Both the position numbers and the translations under genes were made by a program. DNA of 64,000 nucleotides from Octopus sinensis (lineage: Eukaryota): positions 17,484,001 through 17,548,000 of the forward strand of contig NC_043012.1 in NCBI RefSeq assembly GCF_006345805.1. Reading direction: 5' to 3'. The stretch's first letter is position 1. Each line of letters starts with the position of its first letter. Under the pieces are notes generated by a model, which worked only from the letters and a program-made list of their open reading frames with translations, ran no database searches and had not been told where the DNA came from. Shown here piece after piece: positions 29,876 to 43,021 of the stretch.

Positions 29876-30353
29876 CAACAAGCGGTGTAAGAATATTTAA
29901 GCATTAGTGTTTGCGATCTGCATGATTGTTAGGTTGATGGGCATCAACGTGGTAATCTTAATGGCTGTTAGCGAGGTCCATGATTACGTTAAAGCGAAGT
30001 GATAAAGTAACGTGTAATAATTGGCTGTGTTTATTTCTGACATCATTAACAAATGCTAAAGGAGACTTTGTATAGAGATGTTAACGGAGGGAGAGAAAAA
30101 TAAAAGAAAGAGAAAGTCAACAACTATAACAATAAATCATACACGAAGCCGGGTGAAAAAGGAAACCAAATATCAAATTAAACAAGCTGACAAATAGGCT
30201 ACTATCAGTGGTCTCCAATAATAATATCGCGAATACTATCATAATGATATGCCAAAGTATCATACACGTTTGTACAAACATACATGCATACACACATACT
30301 CACGCACATATGCATACATACATACTTACATGCATACATATATATATATATAG

Positions 30354-30421
<68 letters not shown>

Positions 30422-30424
30422 ATA

Positions 30425-30466
<42 letters not shown>

Positions 30467-30521
30467 TGTGTGTGTGTATGTATATAAGGTTGAAAAGGAA
30501 CACCTGAGTTGATATATATAT

Positions 30522-30890
30522 ATGGAAAGAAAGCCAAGGTAGAAAATGCTAAAATAATTTTATAAAAAGCAATTCAGTACCGGTTTCGGTCATTGTATGT
30601 TTTTCAACTGTAAGTATGCGAAAGCAATTGAATTTTGGAAAAATTAAATGAAACGACCTCGAACCCACAAGTGTAAACAGGAGAGACAGAGACAGGCAGA
30701 AACAAGGAAAATGCCCCTTGTATTTGAATACTATGCAAATATTCTTTTAAAATACTTTTCATTTACATTTTCCCAAATTTAATTGCTTTCCATACTTACA
30801 GTTCAAAAAGTCTCAATGGCCGAACCCGGTACTGAAATGTTTTTTTTATATAAAATTATTTTAGCATTTTCTACCTTGCATTTCCCATAT
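30522..30890. mobile_element. Fold-back element in (TA)n with variant hammerhead-like motif
   Basis: 30535-30652 is inverted relative to 30757-30880. The arm consensus is CAG-TTGAAAA-GGTC...GACC-GAAAC-CG-GTA-CTG (non-canonical core). Confidence 0.55.
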
Positions 30891-30949
30891 ACATATATAT
30901 ATGGAAGAAAAGAGAAGTCGAAAGGGCCTACACTCTCATTGCACCACAC

Positions 30950-31597
30950 ATGGCTTTCCTAAGCCAAGTCCTCAAGGTGGACAAAGACAAAGAGAGAGAG
31001 ATGGAAACAGGAAACACCAACCACAGAGTGTCAAAAAATGACACGCCCACTGCCACAGTCGAAGAAGGCAAGCAGGGCAAACAACAGATAGGCGGCGATA
31101 GGGAAACGGAAAATAACCACCCGGATGAAAATACCTATGCAGAAAGGAACCAGTGGACAACCGTCCAACGGAGGAAGAAAAAACAGAGAGGAACTGGGGA
31201 CAGGAAAACCCAGATAACATGCAAATTCTTCCGGAATGGAACCTGCTGGCATGGAGAAACAGGGGAAGGATGCAGGTTCGCTCATCCCAGGCCCTATGGA
31301 AATTGCATCAAACCCACTCGACCAAAATGCCTTAACCAAAACCAAGACCGAAACCAAAACCAGAACAAATACAAGCTGCCCCAGAAATATGCAGACATAG
31401 TGCGTAATGCCCCAACAAGGAGAAGGCGCACATTTTCAGAGGAAATGCAGACGGCGGCAGCAGAACAAAGAAATTTTGTGGAAATAGCAGAGAAAATTGT
31501 GGGACACTGGCCTGGATACATCGTCTTCAGAGCCAGGGGCACTCACAACAGCACTCAAGACCACCACAATCAAGGGACCCAGGGTGGCCACCGCTGA
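30950..31597 (+). CDS. LINE ORF1 with CCCH zinc finger
   Basis: 215 aa. Contains CKFFRNGTCWHGETGEGCRFAHP (C-x7-C-x8-C-x3-H) and WTTVQRRKKK and KYADIVR motifs typical of LINE ORF1. Confidence 0.75.
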   Translation: MAFLSQVLKVDKDKEREMETGNTNHRVSKNDTPTATVEEGKQGKQQIGGDRETENNHPDENTYAERNQWTTVQRRKKKQRGTGDRKTQITCKFFRNGTCWHGETGEGCRFAHPRPYGNCIKPTRPKCLNQNQDRNQNQNKYKLPQKYADIVRNAPTRRRRTFSEEMQTAAAEQRNFVEIAEKIVGHWPGYIVFRARGTHNSTQDHHNQGTQGGHR

Positions 31598-31649
31598 CAC
31601 CAGTCCAGGTGCCACACCGTCAGCCTTTATTGACACCCCAAATATCTCA

Positions 31650-34588
31650 CCAGTGCTTCTGCTGAATGTCAGAGGTCTGGTGAAACCCACTAATATGAGT
31701 AAAAATTCCTTACCTTAGGGACTTAAGCACAAGCAACCATGCAATATGCATAGCGCTGACTGAAACGCACCTGTCAAGCAGTATAGCAGATGCAGAAATA
31801 CACATACCAAAGTATACTGTTTTTCGGTCAGACAGGAAGGAAAGAACTCATGGTGGGGTTGCCCTGTACGTCCGTGAAGATGTCACCCATAGTACTGTTG
31901 ACACACTCAAACTCAGTCTCTGTGACACACTGATAGTACACATGAAACAACCGAAAATAGTAATATGTGTCACATATCGGCCATCGGACACCCCTAGTCA
32001 TGAATGAGATAGCTCAGAAGAATAAAGAAGTCCTGGACAAACTGGACCAGGGTAACACCATTCTACTGCTGGGAGATTTTAACCTTCCGAAAGTCAAATG
32101 GCCGGATGGCCATCTCCTCCCTGGAATGACATCACTTGAACAGAGACAGACAGAGTCCTTGTTGGCTCACACGCAGTTTTTCATGGAGAAGCAGTGCTTC
32201 GGCCAACAAGAGGTGAGAATGTCTTGGACCTCTGTTTCACAAGCAACCGATGCTCATCCACAACATAATGGTAACACCAACAATTCTCTCAGATCACAAT
32301 TAGTAGAGGTAATGATATATGGTATGAGAGAGTTAGTTGAGACGCAGCCATTAGAAAATACCACAGGCCTATCCAGTCTAAACTTCCATACGCCAAACTG
32401 GAAGAAGATCAACGAAGAGATCCGAAAACATGACTGGAGTGACTTCATCACCACACAAGACACCAACACACATTTCCAACATTTCATGACAACAATACAG
32501 AACATATGCCATAAGTTTGTCCCGGAGAAAAAAGCCAGCGGGCATAGGAACGTTATTCCCAGAGACAGGAAAATACTTATGAGGCGAAGAGCTAAGCTCT
32601 CGAAGCAACTGAATGCACGGCAGAGAAACAATGAGGGACTCCACCTGAAACTTTTTGAAACGGAAACTGCACTCAAACTTTCCTATGAGAAGGAGAGGGC
32701 AGAGAGAGAAGCCAGGGCCATAGAGAATATTAAAACAAACCCTAAAGCCTTCTTTAAATTTGCGAAAGAAACCACCTCGGTACACTGCAAGATTGGCCCA
32801 CTCTTTGATAAAAAGGGCTCTCTAACTGAGGACCCCCAAGGGATAAGTGAAATACTAAAGGAACAGTATAAAAGTGTGTTCACATCTCCTCTGGGGCACA
32901 TGCAAATCACAAACCCAGAAGTTTTCTTTGATGCCACAACACTCCAAAACCAAACAACAACCATCGACCACATAGACATAACAGAGAGGGATGTAATATC
33001 TGCCATAGAAGAAATGAGAATAAACTCAGCTGCTGGACCAGATGGATTCCCAGCAGTCCTCCTAAAAACATGCAGGCATGCCCTAGCGGGACCACTGAAG
33101 GAGCTCTTCAGTGGTTCCTTGGCTAACGGTAAACTGCCCAGGGCGCTAAAAGAAGGCACCATATGCCCTATCCACAAAGGAGGGAGTAGAGCAGAGGCCA
33201 AAAACTACAGGCCAGTCTCCCTGACGTCACACATAAGTAAGGTCATGGAACGAATCATCAGAAAAAAACTGATCACGTTCCTCGAAGAAACTAACCGTCT
33301 CACTGACACACAGCATGGCTTTCGCCCAGGAAGAAGCTGCCTTACGCAGCTGTTACAACACTACGACTGGGTACTGAAACAACTACTGGATCGCTCACAG
33401 GTGGATGTGGTATATCTCGACTTTGCGAAGGCCTTTGACAAAGTCGACCATGGAGTGATATGTCACAAATTACTCAGACTCGGCATAACAGGAAAAGTAG
33501 GTGAGTGGATACATGACTTCCTGAAGGACAGAAGCCAGATGGTTGCAGCCAATGGAGCCCTCTCGGGAAAGACACCAATAGCAAGCGGGGTGCCACAGGG
33601 CACAGTCTTGGGACCCTTGCTATTTTTGGTGGCGCTCTCTGACATGCCCTTGGTAGCACAAACAACATCCCTCACTAGCTATGCTGATGACACAAAGGTA
33701 GCACAGGCAATCAAAAACCCAGCTGATGCTGACCTTTTACAAGATCTGGATGCCATATACAAATGGGCTGAAGACAACAACATGCAATTTAATGCTGGTA
33801 AATTTCAAGCCTTACAATATCAAGCTGTAAACACCATATACATTACAACACAACTATACTGGTCCAGGAGGGATCGAAATCCCAGTATCGAAATCAATAC
33901 GGGACCTGGGGATAGACATGAGTGACGATGCATCTTTTTCTTCACACATCGCGAAGGTGGCGACAATGTGCAGACGACTCACTGGCTGGATTCCTGAGGA
34001 CATTCCGGACAGAGACTGCGAGACCATGTTGACACTATGGAGGACATTTGTCCTAAGCCACCTGGACTACTGCTCCCAACTGTGGTCACCGCATAATGTC
34101 AAACTAACCCAGAGCTTGAGACAATCCAAAGACATTTCACCAAGAGGATTTCCACCATGAAAGAAAAGAACTATTGGGAGAGGCTTAGGGAACTCAATTT
34201 GTACTCCTTGGAACGAAGACGAGAGAGATATGCAGTGATATACATATGGAAAATCCTGGAGGGACTAGCACCAAATTTTGGAATTGAGAGCTGTTCCAAT
34301 CCCCGTACAGGACGTCACTGTGTGGTGTCAAAGGTCCCGTCTTCCACATCCAGGGTAAGGAGCAGATACTGTAATAGCCTGGGGTTCAGGGGCCCTCAGC
34401 TGTTCAACAAACTGCCAAGAAAACTAAGAGATCTACATGATGCGGATGTGGACATTTTCAAAAAACATCTAGACAAGCTGCTTTCCGGGATCCCAGATGA
34501 ACCCACTGCAAGGTACGAAGGTAACCTAAAGGCAGCAGCTACAAACTCTCTCTTAGATCAGTGGCCAGCCACGGCAAACTGGACTTAG
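31650..34588 (+). pseudogene. LINE ORF2: apurinic-like endonuclease plus reverse transcriptase, broken by several frameshifts
   Basis: APE motifs NVRGL, LTETHL, RSDRKERTHGGVALYV and LGDFNLP. RT motifs NYRPVSLTS, QHGFRPGRSC, LDFAKAFDKVDH, GVPQGTVLGPLLF and YADDTK. C-terminal HLDYCSQLWSP and YSLERRRERY. Confidence 0.93.
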
Positions 34589-35099
34589 AGAGGGTAGCAA
34601 CAAGGGCGGTGCCCCAGCATGGCCTCAGCCGGATGGCTGAAACAAGTAAAAGAGTAAAAGAGTAAAAGAGTATATATATATATATATAATACATACACAC
34701 ATACATATCTATATGATATATATGTATATGCATATATACATACATATATGTATATACCTGCATATATAAGTATATATACATGCATATATGGGTACAGGAA
34801 GTCAAAATTACGATAACAAAATGAAAAACGAGCACATAAAAAGCAAAAACATGGAAAACGAACTTTGTATTCGAACAACGAAAGAGACAAATAGAGAAAC
34901 GAGACATGCAACATAAAGTGCATTTCCTACATTAGTTTTCGATCGTTTTATCTTCTCCGCGTTTTCGAAGGTAGGGACAAGATGCGACTTCTTTAAAACA
35001 GTCGTTCCCGCAAAACAAATTAAATAAACTTTGGGATTTGCGTAGGGTGAAAGTGGTAACAAAAACGGGACAGCGAGAACAAAACACCTGTTAAGCCAT

Positions 35100-35455
35100 A
35101 ATTCTTTTATTCTTTTATTCTTTCAGTTTTTCAGTAATTTGACTGCGGTCATACTGGAGTACAGCCTTTAGTCGAACAAATCGCTCCTAAGGACTTATTC
35201 TTTGTAAGCCTAGTACGGGGACGTAAACGAACCAACATGGGGGACAAACACAGACACACGCACAAACATACATACTCACATACATATATACGCCGGGCTT
35301 CTTTCAGTTTCCATCTAATAAATCCACTCACAAGGGTTTGGTCGGCTCGAAGCTATAGTACAAGACACTTGCCCAAGGTATCACGCAGTGGGACTGAACC
35401 TAGAACTATATGGTTTCGAAGCAAGCTTCCTACCTCACAGTCACGCCTGCGCCTA
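35100..35455 (-). mobile_element. SINE family 1
   Basis: Reverse-complement match to tail, body and head. Confidence 0.85.
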
Positions 35456-35539
35456 AAAATAGGTTGCTCTAAAGTAGAGAGCAATGCCCATGTGTGTTAG
35501 AAAATTGAGTGATCTCTTCTGTCCTTCTCAAGGGGAGTA

Positions 35540-35591
<52 letters not shown>

Positions 35592-35664
35592 AGAGTAGGC
35601 ACATAAATGTGAAAGAAGGTGGAGAACATAGTTCTCGAATACCAGAGGTAGAGTAATATGCTTT

Positions 35665-35796
35665 ATTAATAAAGCTGCAAAGACATCACAAAAACTATTA
35701 CTCAGAGTTTCACTTTCTCCTCATCGGACAAAACTGCCTTAGGAAGGGAGTGTGCAACTCTGAGTAACGGTTTTTGTGATGTCTTTGTAGATTTAT

Positions 35797-35798
<2 letters not shown>
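35665..35798. repeat. Fold-back element in (TA)n with hammerhead-like motif (35694-35733, minus)
   Basis: AAAGACATCACAAAAACTATTACTCAGAGTT is inverted relative to AACTCTGAGTAACGGTTTTTGTGATGTCTTT. The minus strand reads TGT-CCGATGA...GT-GAAAC-TCTGA-GTA-ATA. Confidence 0.55.
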
Positions 35799-35829
<31 letters not shown>

Positions 35830-37943
35830 TATATTTATATATATGTATGTATGTATTTGTGTATATGTGTTAATATGGAGAATTGAGAATGAGTGCTCAA
35901 CACTTCATTAGTGGATAAATATTCTTTATTTAGTTTATTTATCTCAAGTCCTTACGTGACCTCTCGTGATTTTCTCGTGATTTCATCGTGTTCTCATTCT
36001 AAATGGAGACGAACACCAACGTCCCATTAAAACGACCTGTTGAAAAGTGTCAAGAGATATACCTCTTTTAACATGAAACAAAAAGTAAGTATATATATGT
36101 ATGTATGTTATACATACAAAATTTCATGTGACTGTCATGGTTTTAGATGTTGCCAGCAATGAAAGACATGTGATATTCCTTAATTCCGAAACGAATTTTG
36201 CCTCGAGACGAATCAATGTAGATACAAGATTTTGGGGTTCTTAAAGTACTACGTAATATTAAGTGGTAATTGGCATATATCTAAAATCGAGAAACTATGA
36301 AGAATTCCTATACGTAACTATTTTAAAGGTTTCGTTAAAATTCCACTAATTGTAAGAGGTTCGGCAATTCGATAAGATCCACTCAAGTATTAAAATGGTA
36401 TTTTATTTCATCGACCCTCAAAGGATGAAGGTCGAAGTTGACCTCAACGGCATTTGAAAACAGAGCGCTAAGATTCACCCCCAAATACTTCAAACTATTC
36501 TGTCCGAAATGCTAACGGTTCCTCAAGTTCGCCACCCTAGATTCTCCACATATAATGTATCTAAAAATACAGCAGACGACATGTCCTGTATTTTTAAGTT
36601 GGCAGGGTGGCATCTGAAGTAGATTTGGCAGTTATCTGTATTCGTTCGAGAGACCAGTCCACTTGTTAGATCGTTAGAGGTTATCCGGTCGGATCGTTAG
36701 TTGCTTCTTCTTAGGAACGCAACGAAACTTTCATAGAATTGGTTGTATTTGTGTAAATACTCATAATCTCTGCTAGAGATCAAATTAGGCAAGTGAATTT
36801 AGATTTGGTTTGGAGGAGTTGAAGATCTGAATCAATATGGATCAGAAAGTTTAGATAATATAACTGAAGGTGAACGGTGATTTCTTACGTGAACGTCAGG
36901 TCACACGTCTTTTGTTTGTTGAAGAAAGTAATCTTTAAATAATAATTACATACGTATTGAGGATGCAGTAACGGGATATAAATGTTGCTTGTAATCGACG
37001 ACTACTCTACCTTAATAAAAACATGAGGATCACAGCGTAAATATTTGCTGCAAGTCATTTCCTCTGTCACTTTACTAATCTGTTAGTTTTCCATGTCTGG
37101 AGCCAAACCAAGTTGTTGTTCTTGTTGATTTTTTGCTCCCGTATCAGCCCTCCCTTGTCGAGCTAACATATGATTACAAGCATTACAGGCATGACCTTTT
37201 TCTTAAGAGTAAAGTGCTTCTACGACTACATTATCGGATGTGTTCGTTTTTCAGATCATAGTCCTGTGATCAAAAAACTTTCTAATCGTATCATTTAATT
37301 CTCTGATATGTTATGCACGTAGAATTGCATTATTGAAATGTATCTTTTTCAAATACTCTACATATGCTCAAAACCATTCAAAATTGCAGCAATCCCGGCT
37401 GTTTTTTAGCCAGAGGGCACATAAAATTAGACTTCATACATCTGCAATTCAACCCTGACCAAGCAAACAACCTTCAGGATTATGTTATCCTCTGTGTTGT
37501 TACTGTTATAAAAGAGCACGTTATGTGTCGATCACCATCACATTGGTGTCCTCTCTGTGCCCGGGGATCGGTTTGCTAAGACTCGCCACTTACCTCTGGG
37601 TTGTGGTGCAGGCATTCAATCAGCCAGGCATTCGTTTTCTGCTCATTCTTTGCTATTGTCAATCCGCAGACGTTCTTGAAGGCTCATTTGTTGAGAAGAC
37701 GTTTCGTGGCACATTGCATGTCCAAAATAGCGTCACAAAATTTATTGATTCTCCACACCCCAACCGTATCCCATACCAAATTGTCTAACCGATTCTGACA
37801 AACATCGAAACTGCATCCTTATGTGATAATGCACACACATTATTTATTAAATATACTTTACATTTATGGAATATACAACGTATGTAATATATAGGCATAC
37901 GAATATGTTTATTATTATATATTTATACAGACACACACACCTT

Positions 37944-38030
<87 letters not shown>

Positions 38031-38644
38031 GTCTATCTATCTATTTATCTATCTATCTATCTGTCTGTCTATTTGTCTGTCTATCTATCTATATATTGAT
38101 TTATCTATCTTATATATGTATGTATAAAAACCAAGTATAGAGGGTACATATGAAATTATTTACCTAGCAAATACTTATACATGTTTCAGTAATCGTCGCA
38201 AGGTAAATCGTACAAGGAATTTCCTTACTTAATCCGCGGCATTACATCATCAGAAATACTTTTGAATCAGGAAAGTCGATGAAATTTGTACAGAGATGTT
38301 ACGGACATTTACACAATGTACTATCCAGACTTGATTTTTCTATGCATAATTTATGTTGTTACAACTAAAGAGACACCTAAGTGATTTGCCAAAACGAGAC
38401 AGCCAAGTGTATACACATTCACACAAACTCCCACGCTCACCCACACATACGTACGCATGCGCAGATTATGTTGAGTAGATTCATTCCCGAAGCTTTTATT
38501 CGTACTTTTGCTGCTTGTCGCTGTCATCTCTGGCGTCCATCGTTGACAAACAGCAAATGGAAGAGGAATCTATTCTTGCTAACGTCACTATGAGCGCTCC
38601 ATCGTTTGTACAGTTAAGAAAATATTCCATTAGCATTCTCTAAG

Positions 38645-39045
38645 TGAGCGCAGGTGTGGCTGTGTTGTAAGAAGCTTGCTCTCCAAGCACATGGTTCCGG
38701 GTTCAGTACCACTGCGAAGCACCTTGGGCAAGTGTCTTCTATTATTAACCTCGTGGCAACCATAGCCTTTGTGAGGGGATTTGGTAGACAGAAACTGAAA
38801 GAAGCCCAACGCATATGTGTGTGTATGTTTGAATCTGCGTTTGATTCACACTCCCATTGCTTGACAACCAATGTCAGCACGTTGATACCAGTGAAACGTC
38901 GTGGTTCTGTAAAAGAGACCAATAGAAAAAGTGCCAAGGCTTACAAAATATATGTACTGAGATCAATCCACTCGACTACAAGCCCGCCCTTCAAGGCGGT
39001 ATTCCAGCATGGCCACAGACTAATTATTGAAACGAATAAGAAACA
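38645..39045 (+). mobile_element. SINE family 1
   Basis: GCGCAGGTGTGGCTGTGTTGTAAGAAGCTTGCT...ACCTTGGGCAAGTGTCTTCTA...AAGGCGGTATTCCAGCATGGCC. Confidence 0.85.
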
Positions 39046-39298
39046 GAAGACAAATCAAACAAGCGTGTGCCTTCAGGTCATATGTTCTCTACAGCTTTTT
39101 CTTTTGTTTTTAACCGGATTGGGTCTGTTTTCTTAAACTAGTTGTATAACAAAGCAAATAGGATTAAGAATTGTCATATCACGTAAACATTACTTTGATA
39201 AAGTTTTCGAAAGAACACAGAGAATCCCTACCAAAATTCGGATACGTTCATAATTAAGTTATCTGTGTCGCAATTGAAATTAGGCATGGCTTCACACA

Positions 39299-39376
<78 letters not shown>

Positions 39377-39436
39377 CCTATCTATTTCTCTCTCTCTCTC
39401 TCTATCTATCTATCTATGTATCAATAAATCTGTCTT

Positions 39437-39497
<61 letters not shown>

Positions 39498-39527
39498 ATC
39501 TATCTATCTATATATCTATCTATCTAC

Positions 39528-39579
<52 letters not shown>

Positions 39580-39627
39580 TTATCTATATATATCCATCTA
39601 TCTATCCATCTATCCATCTATCCATCC

Positions 39628-39697
<70 letters not shown>

Positions 39698-40143
39698 ATG
39701 TATGTATAAAGCGGGTGTTTGGCATAGTGTTTTGGAATCATGATGCCAAAATTGTGGTTTCGATTCTTTGTAGTGGCGATGCGTTGGGATCTTAAACAAA
39801 CCAATTCACTGCACGTTTCTCCAGTGCACTCAATTGGCAGAAATGACTATTCTTACGACGGACCGGCATAGCGTCCAACTTGCTTTAATATTTATAAACG
39901 CCACAGAATCCAGGAAACCGGCCTTATGAGTCTATACGACTCGGTAATGATGTTTATCCTTCTTTGAACACATACACTCTCAGGCACGCACACACATAAA
40001 TGTATAAATAAATGACATAACGTACACTGAATGTAAAAATGAACGGGAGGCATACAGAAGGTCCGTACTTCTTCATCCGTTATCGACCAATTGGTAGCAT
40101 TCAGTTTCACAACTTTAACCATCTATGTGTGTGTGTATGTTTG

Positions 40144-40219
<76 letters not shown>

Positions 40220-40640
40220 GAAACCTCACGTTGATTTTTAAGTAGGAGTATCGAATAACCCTTTTTCGTTTCTGCCTTCGTTAAGTTCTGATCTCTATAT
40301 TACGACGACACTAATTCAGCGATTGGACATATTAATTAGTGACTTCCACTTTGCTCTCGTTTCTTCAAGATGATCCACTCGACCTAGTTCATAGTTCTTT
40401 ATGACTTTATATGGTTCTATAGTGAGTCCTCCTCCATTCGTTGCGATTCGGTGCTGTTATTTCAAATTTTTTTTGGGGGGAATTTGTGTCACTTTCAGGT
40501 TAGCGTAGATATATACGTGTGAGTATGCGAGGTTAGAGAAATCCATGAACAAAAACAACAGAACGAATACCGCAATAGTTTACAATGCGCATATTAACGC
40601 TGAATGAAGGTTTTATATGGGGGGGAAAATTGGTGTAGGA

Positions 40641-40673
40641 AGGACGTTTCGAGCATGGTCCTTCATCAGATAG
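40641..40673 (-). ncRNA. Minimal hammerhead motif
   Basis: CTGATGA-AGGACCATGCTC-GAAAC-GTC; helices I and II are imperfect. Confidence 0.45.
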
Positions 40674-41071
40674 AGAAAAACGTTTTCAGAGAAAAGGAAA
40701 AAGAGAAATGAGCAGAGTCTCCGGAGAAATGTGTTTTTACAAGGTCAAAAATAACTGACTAGAATTTGGAGAGAAATAGGGAATGTGGTTTTTGAGAGCC
40801 GGAAAGTGCAAAAATGGTAATTGAGTGTATGCTCTGCGCACGCTTCCAGATTGTGAGGAGCAAGCGCGTGCGCACACACACAGACAGACGTACAAACACA
40901 CAAACACACACAAACGTACACGCACTCAAATTCATACATACACACAGTGAACACAAGCACTAACAATTCACATCACCCAGTCTCTTGAACCCGTATCCTT
41001 TGGCTGCTACACCCTACTGCTACTAACCGGTTTGTTTCCCTCCCCATATATATATAATATATATATATATA

Positions 41072-41174
41072 TATAATTTCAACAATTGAGGGTAAAATTA
41101 ATTAGTTATTAATCAATTTCACTGTGAAATTGATTAATAACTAATTAATTTTACCCTCAATTGTTGAAATTATA
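41072..41174. repeat. Perfect palindrome (51-bp arms, 1-nt spacer)
   Basis: TATAATTTCAACAATTGAGGGTAAAATTAATTAGTTATTAATCAATTTCAC, then T, then its exact reverse complement. Confidence 0.95.
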
Positions 41175-41385
41175 ATTCATTTCTCTCTGTTTATTGCCTC
41201 GGTTTTCACCGCTAAAATATGGTGTTTGCTAGTTTAGCCCACGTGGGTGGAAAGGGAGAACAGGAATTCTTCGCTTGCATATTTTGAATTTGTTGGCACT
41301 GTCAGTTTGAACGGGTCGTCTGAGGTGTTAAGTCGCCAAAAGGGTATGTTCCTACTTTCAGTGTTTCCAAATCCAAATAAGAAAT

Positions 41386-41448
41386 TTTGGGCTGACGAAA
41401 GAAATGTCGAATTTTATTTGGCTGATCTAGAAACGTAACGTTCTCAAA
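41386..41448 (+). ncRNA. Type I hammerhead ribozyme
   Basis: TTTGGG-CTGACGA-A-AGA...TCT-A-GAA-ACGTaACGT-T-CTCAAA; 6-bp helix I including one G-U pair. Confidence 0.7.
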
Positions 41449-42019
41449 TAATCTTTGCACTTGTGATTTTTAATGTTTTTTACCCCATACCTTCGTGGGT
41501 TATTCTGAGTAAACACTATCCGAGAGAAATTTTTCTGTAAGTATTAGAAATAGCTAAAAAACTTTTTTGGCTGCTATTTCTAATGAGTTCAGTATGTGGC
41601 AAAGTAATTTATTTTACTAAGCCCTTTTATATTAATATATATATATATATTATATATTATATATATATATATATATATGAATTACATATATATACTTATA
41701 CAGGGAGTACACACAAATGTACAGATATATTATGCGCGCGCGTGTGTGTGACGGATGGTGGCGACTCCTTATCAACGGCCCAACGTTGGCAATGGTACAA
41801 TGGCTATGTTCATTCAAGTGCCTCCTCATTCAGTCTTGACCACTAGGTTCATTTATTTCATTCTTTTATGCTTCTGTTCATCTCCGCGCATGACTGATTT
41901 CGGCTCAATGCCATTGAATTTTATCTTTTCAAAAAAATTTCTATAGAATTCTCCCTTTACTATGCCCTTCCATATCCCCTTCGCGTAAACTTTACTCCCT
42001 TTGGCATGAATTGCCTCAT

Positions 42020-42432
42020 CCTTCTCCTCCTCGTCCTCCGCCTCTCCCTCCTCCATTTTCTTCTTCTTCTTCTTCCTCCATTTTCTTCTTCTTCTTCTTC
42101 TTTCTTTTCTTCTTCTTCTTCTTTCTTTTCTTCTTCTTCTTCTTCTTCTTCTTCTTCTCTTCTTCTTTCTTCTTCTTTTCTTCTTCTTCTTCTCTTCTTC
42201 TTCTCTTCTTCTTCTTCTTCTTCTTCTTCTGTTTCTTTCTTCTTCTTCTTCTTCTTCTTCTTCTTCTTCCTCCTTTTCTTCTTCTTCTTCTTCTTCTTCT
42301 TCTTCTACTTCTGCTTCTTTCTTTCCTTCTTCTTCTTCTTCTTCTTCTTTACTCCTCTTCCTCCTCCTCCGTCTACTTCTTCCTCTCCCCTCCAACCTTT
42401 CCTTCCTTCGTTTCCTTGTTCCTCTTCTTTCC
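42020..42432. repeat. (CTT)n polypyrimidine microsatellite
   Basis: Directly visible. Confidence 0.95.
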
Positions 42433-42669
42433 CCAGCACAAATTCCCTGGCATGCTTTATTTAAATGTACTGAGTGATTTAAAAAACTTAACAATCGATT
42501 ATTTCAATATATGATTACGTACAGTACCATACAGATTGATTGTTATTGCCCGTACAGACTGACACACGTAGACAAAAGCAAACATAGATACGGTGTAAAG
42601 AATACTAAAGTAATGTACACCAGTTCATTATGAATTTGTTCTGTACTATATATATGTACAATATGTGTA

Positions 42670-43021
42670 TTATCTTTTACTTGCTTCATTCATTAGACCG
42701 TGGTCATCTGGGGCACCGCCTTGAACATTTTTAAGCCTTGTGCTTATTCTATCATCCCCTTTTATGGAACCGCTAAGTTACGGGGATGTAAACACAACAA
42801 CACCCGTTGTCAAGCGGTGGTCACGGTGGTGTGGGGCACAAACACAGACAGAATGACACACTCAGATAGATTATACAAATATATATACGATTCTTTATTA
42901 CCCACAAGGGGCTAAACACAGAGGGGACAAACAAGGAAAGACAAAGGGATTAAATCGATTACATCGACCCCAGTGCGTAACTGGTACTTATTTAATCGAC
43001 CTCGAAAGGATGAAAGGCAAA
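42670..43021 (-). mobile_element. SINE family 1 3' half joined to a tail-B SINE family 2 fragment
   Basis: SINE-1 tail and body up to ...ATATACGA (42890), then TTCTTTATTACCCACAAGGGGCTAAACACAGAGGGG. Confidence 0.8.

Larger units (their letters stand above)
30903..34670 (+). mobile_element. Near full-length CR1-group (CR1/L2-like) LINE inserted in (TA)n
   Basis: ORF1, APE-RT ORF2, short 3'UTR ending in the 8-bp repeat (GTAAAAGA)3; TA repeats on both flanks. Confidence 0.92.

Noticed and set aside
29564-29904. Gly-rich, Pro-rich and Thr-rich ORFs resembling structural proteins
   Set aside because: GGT minisatellite open in several frames on both strands, with no gene context.
32254-33675. Minus-strand ORFs overlapping the LINE
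   Set aside because: Antisense shadows of the RT reading frame.
37250-37810. Complex GC-richer segment, possible transposon relic or exon
   Set aside because: No motif I can identify; left unclassified.
41853-42514. E/R/K-rich 213-aa ORF
   Set aside because: (GAA)n microsatellite.
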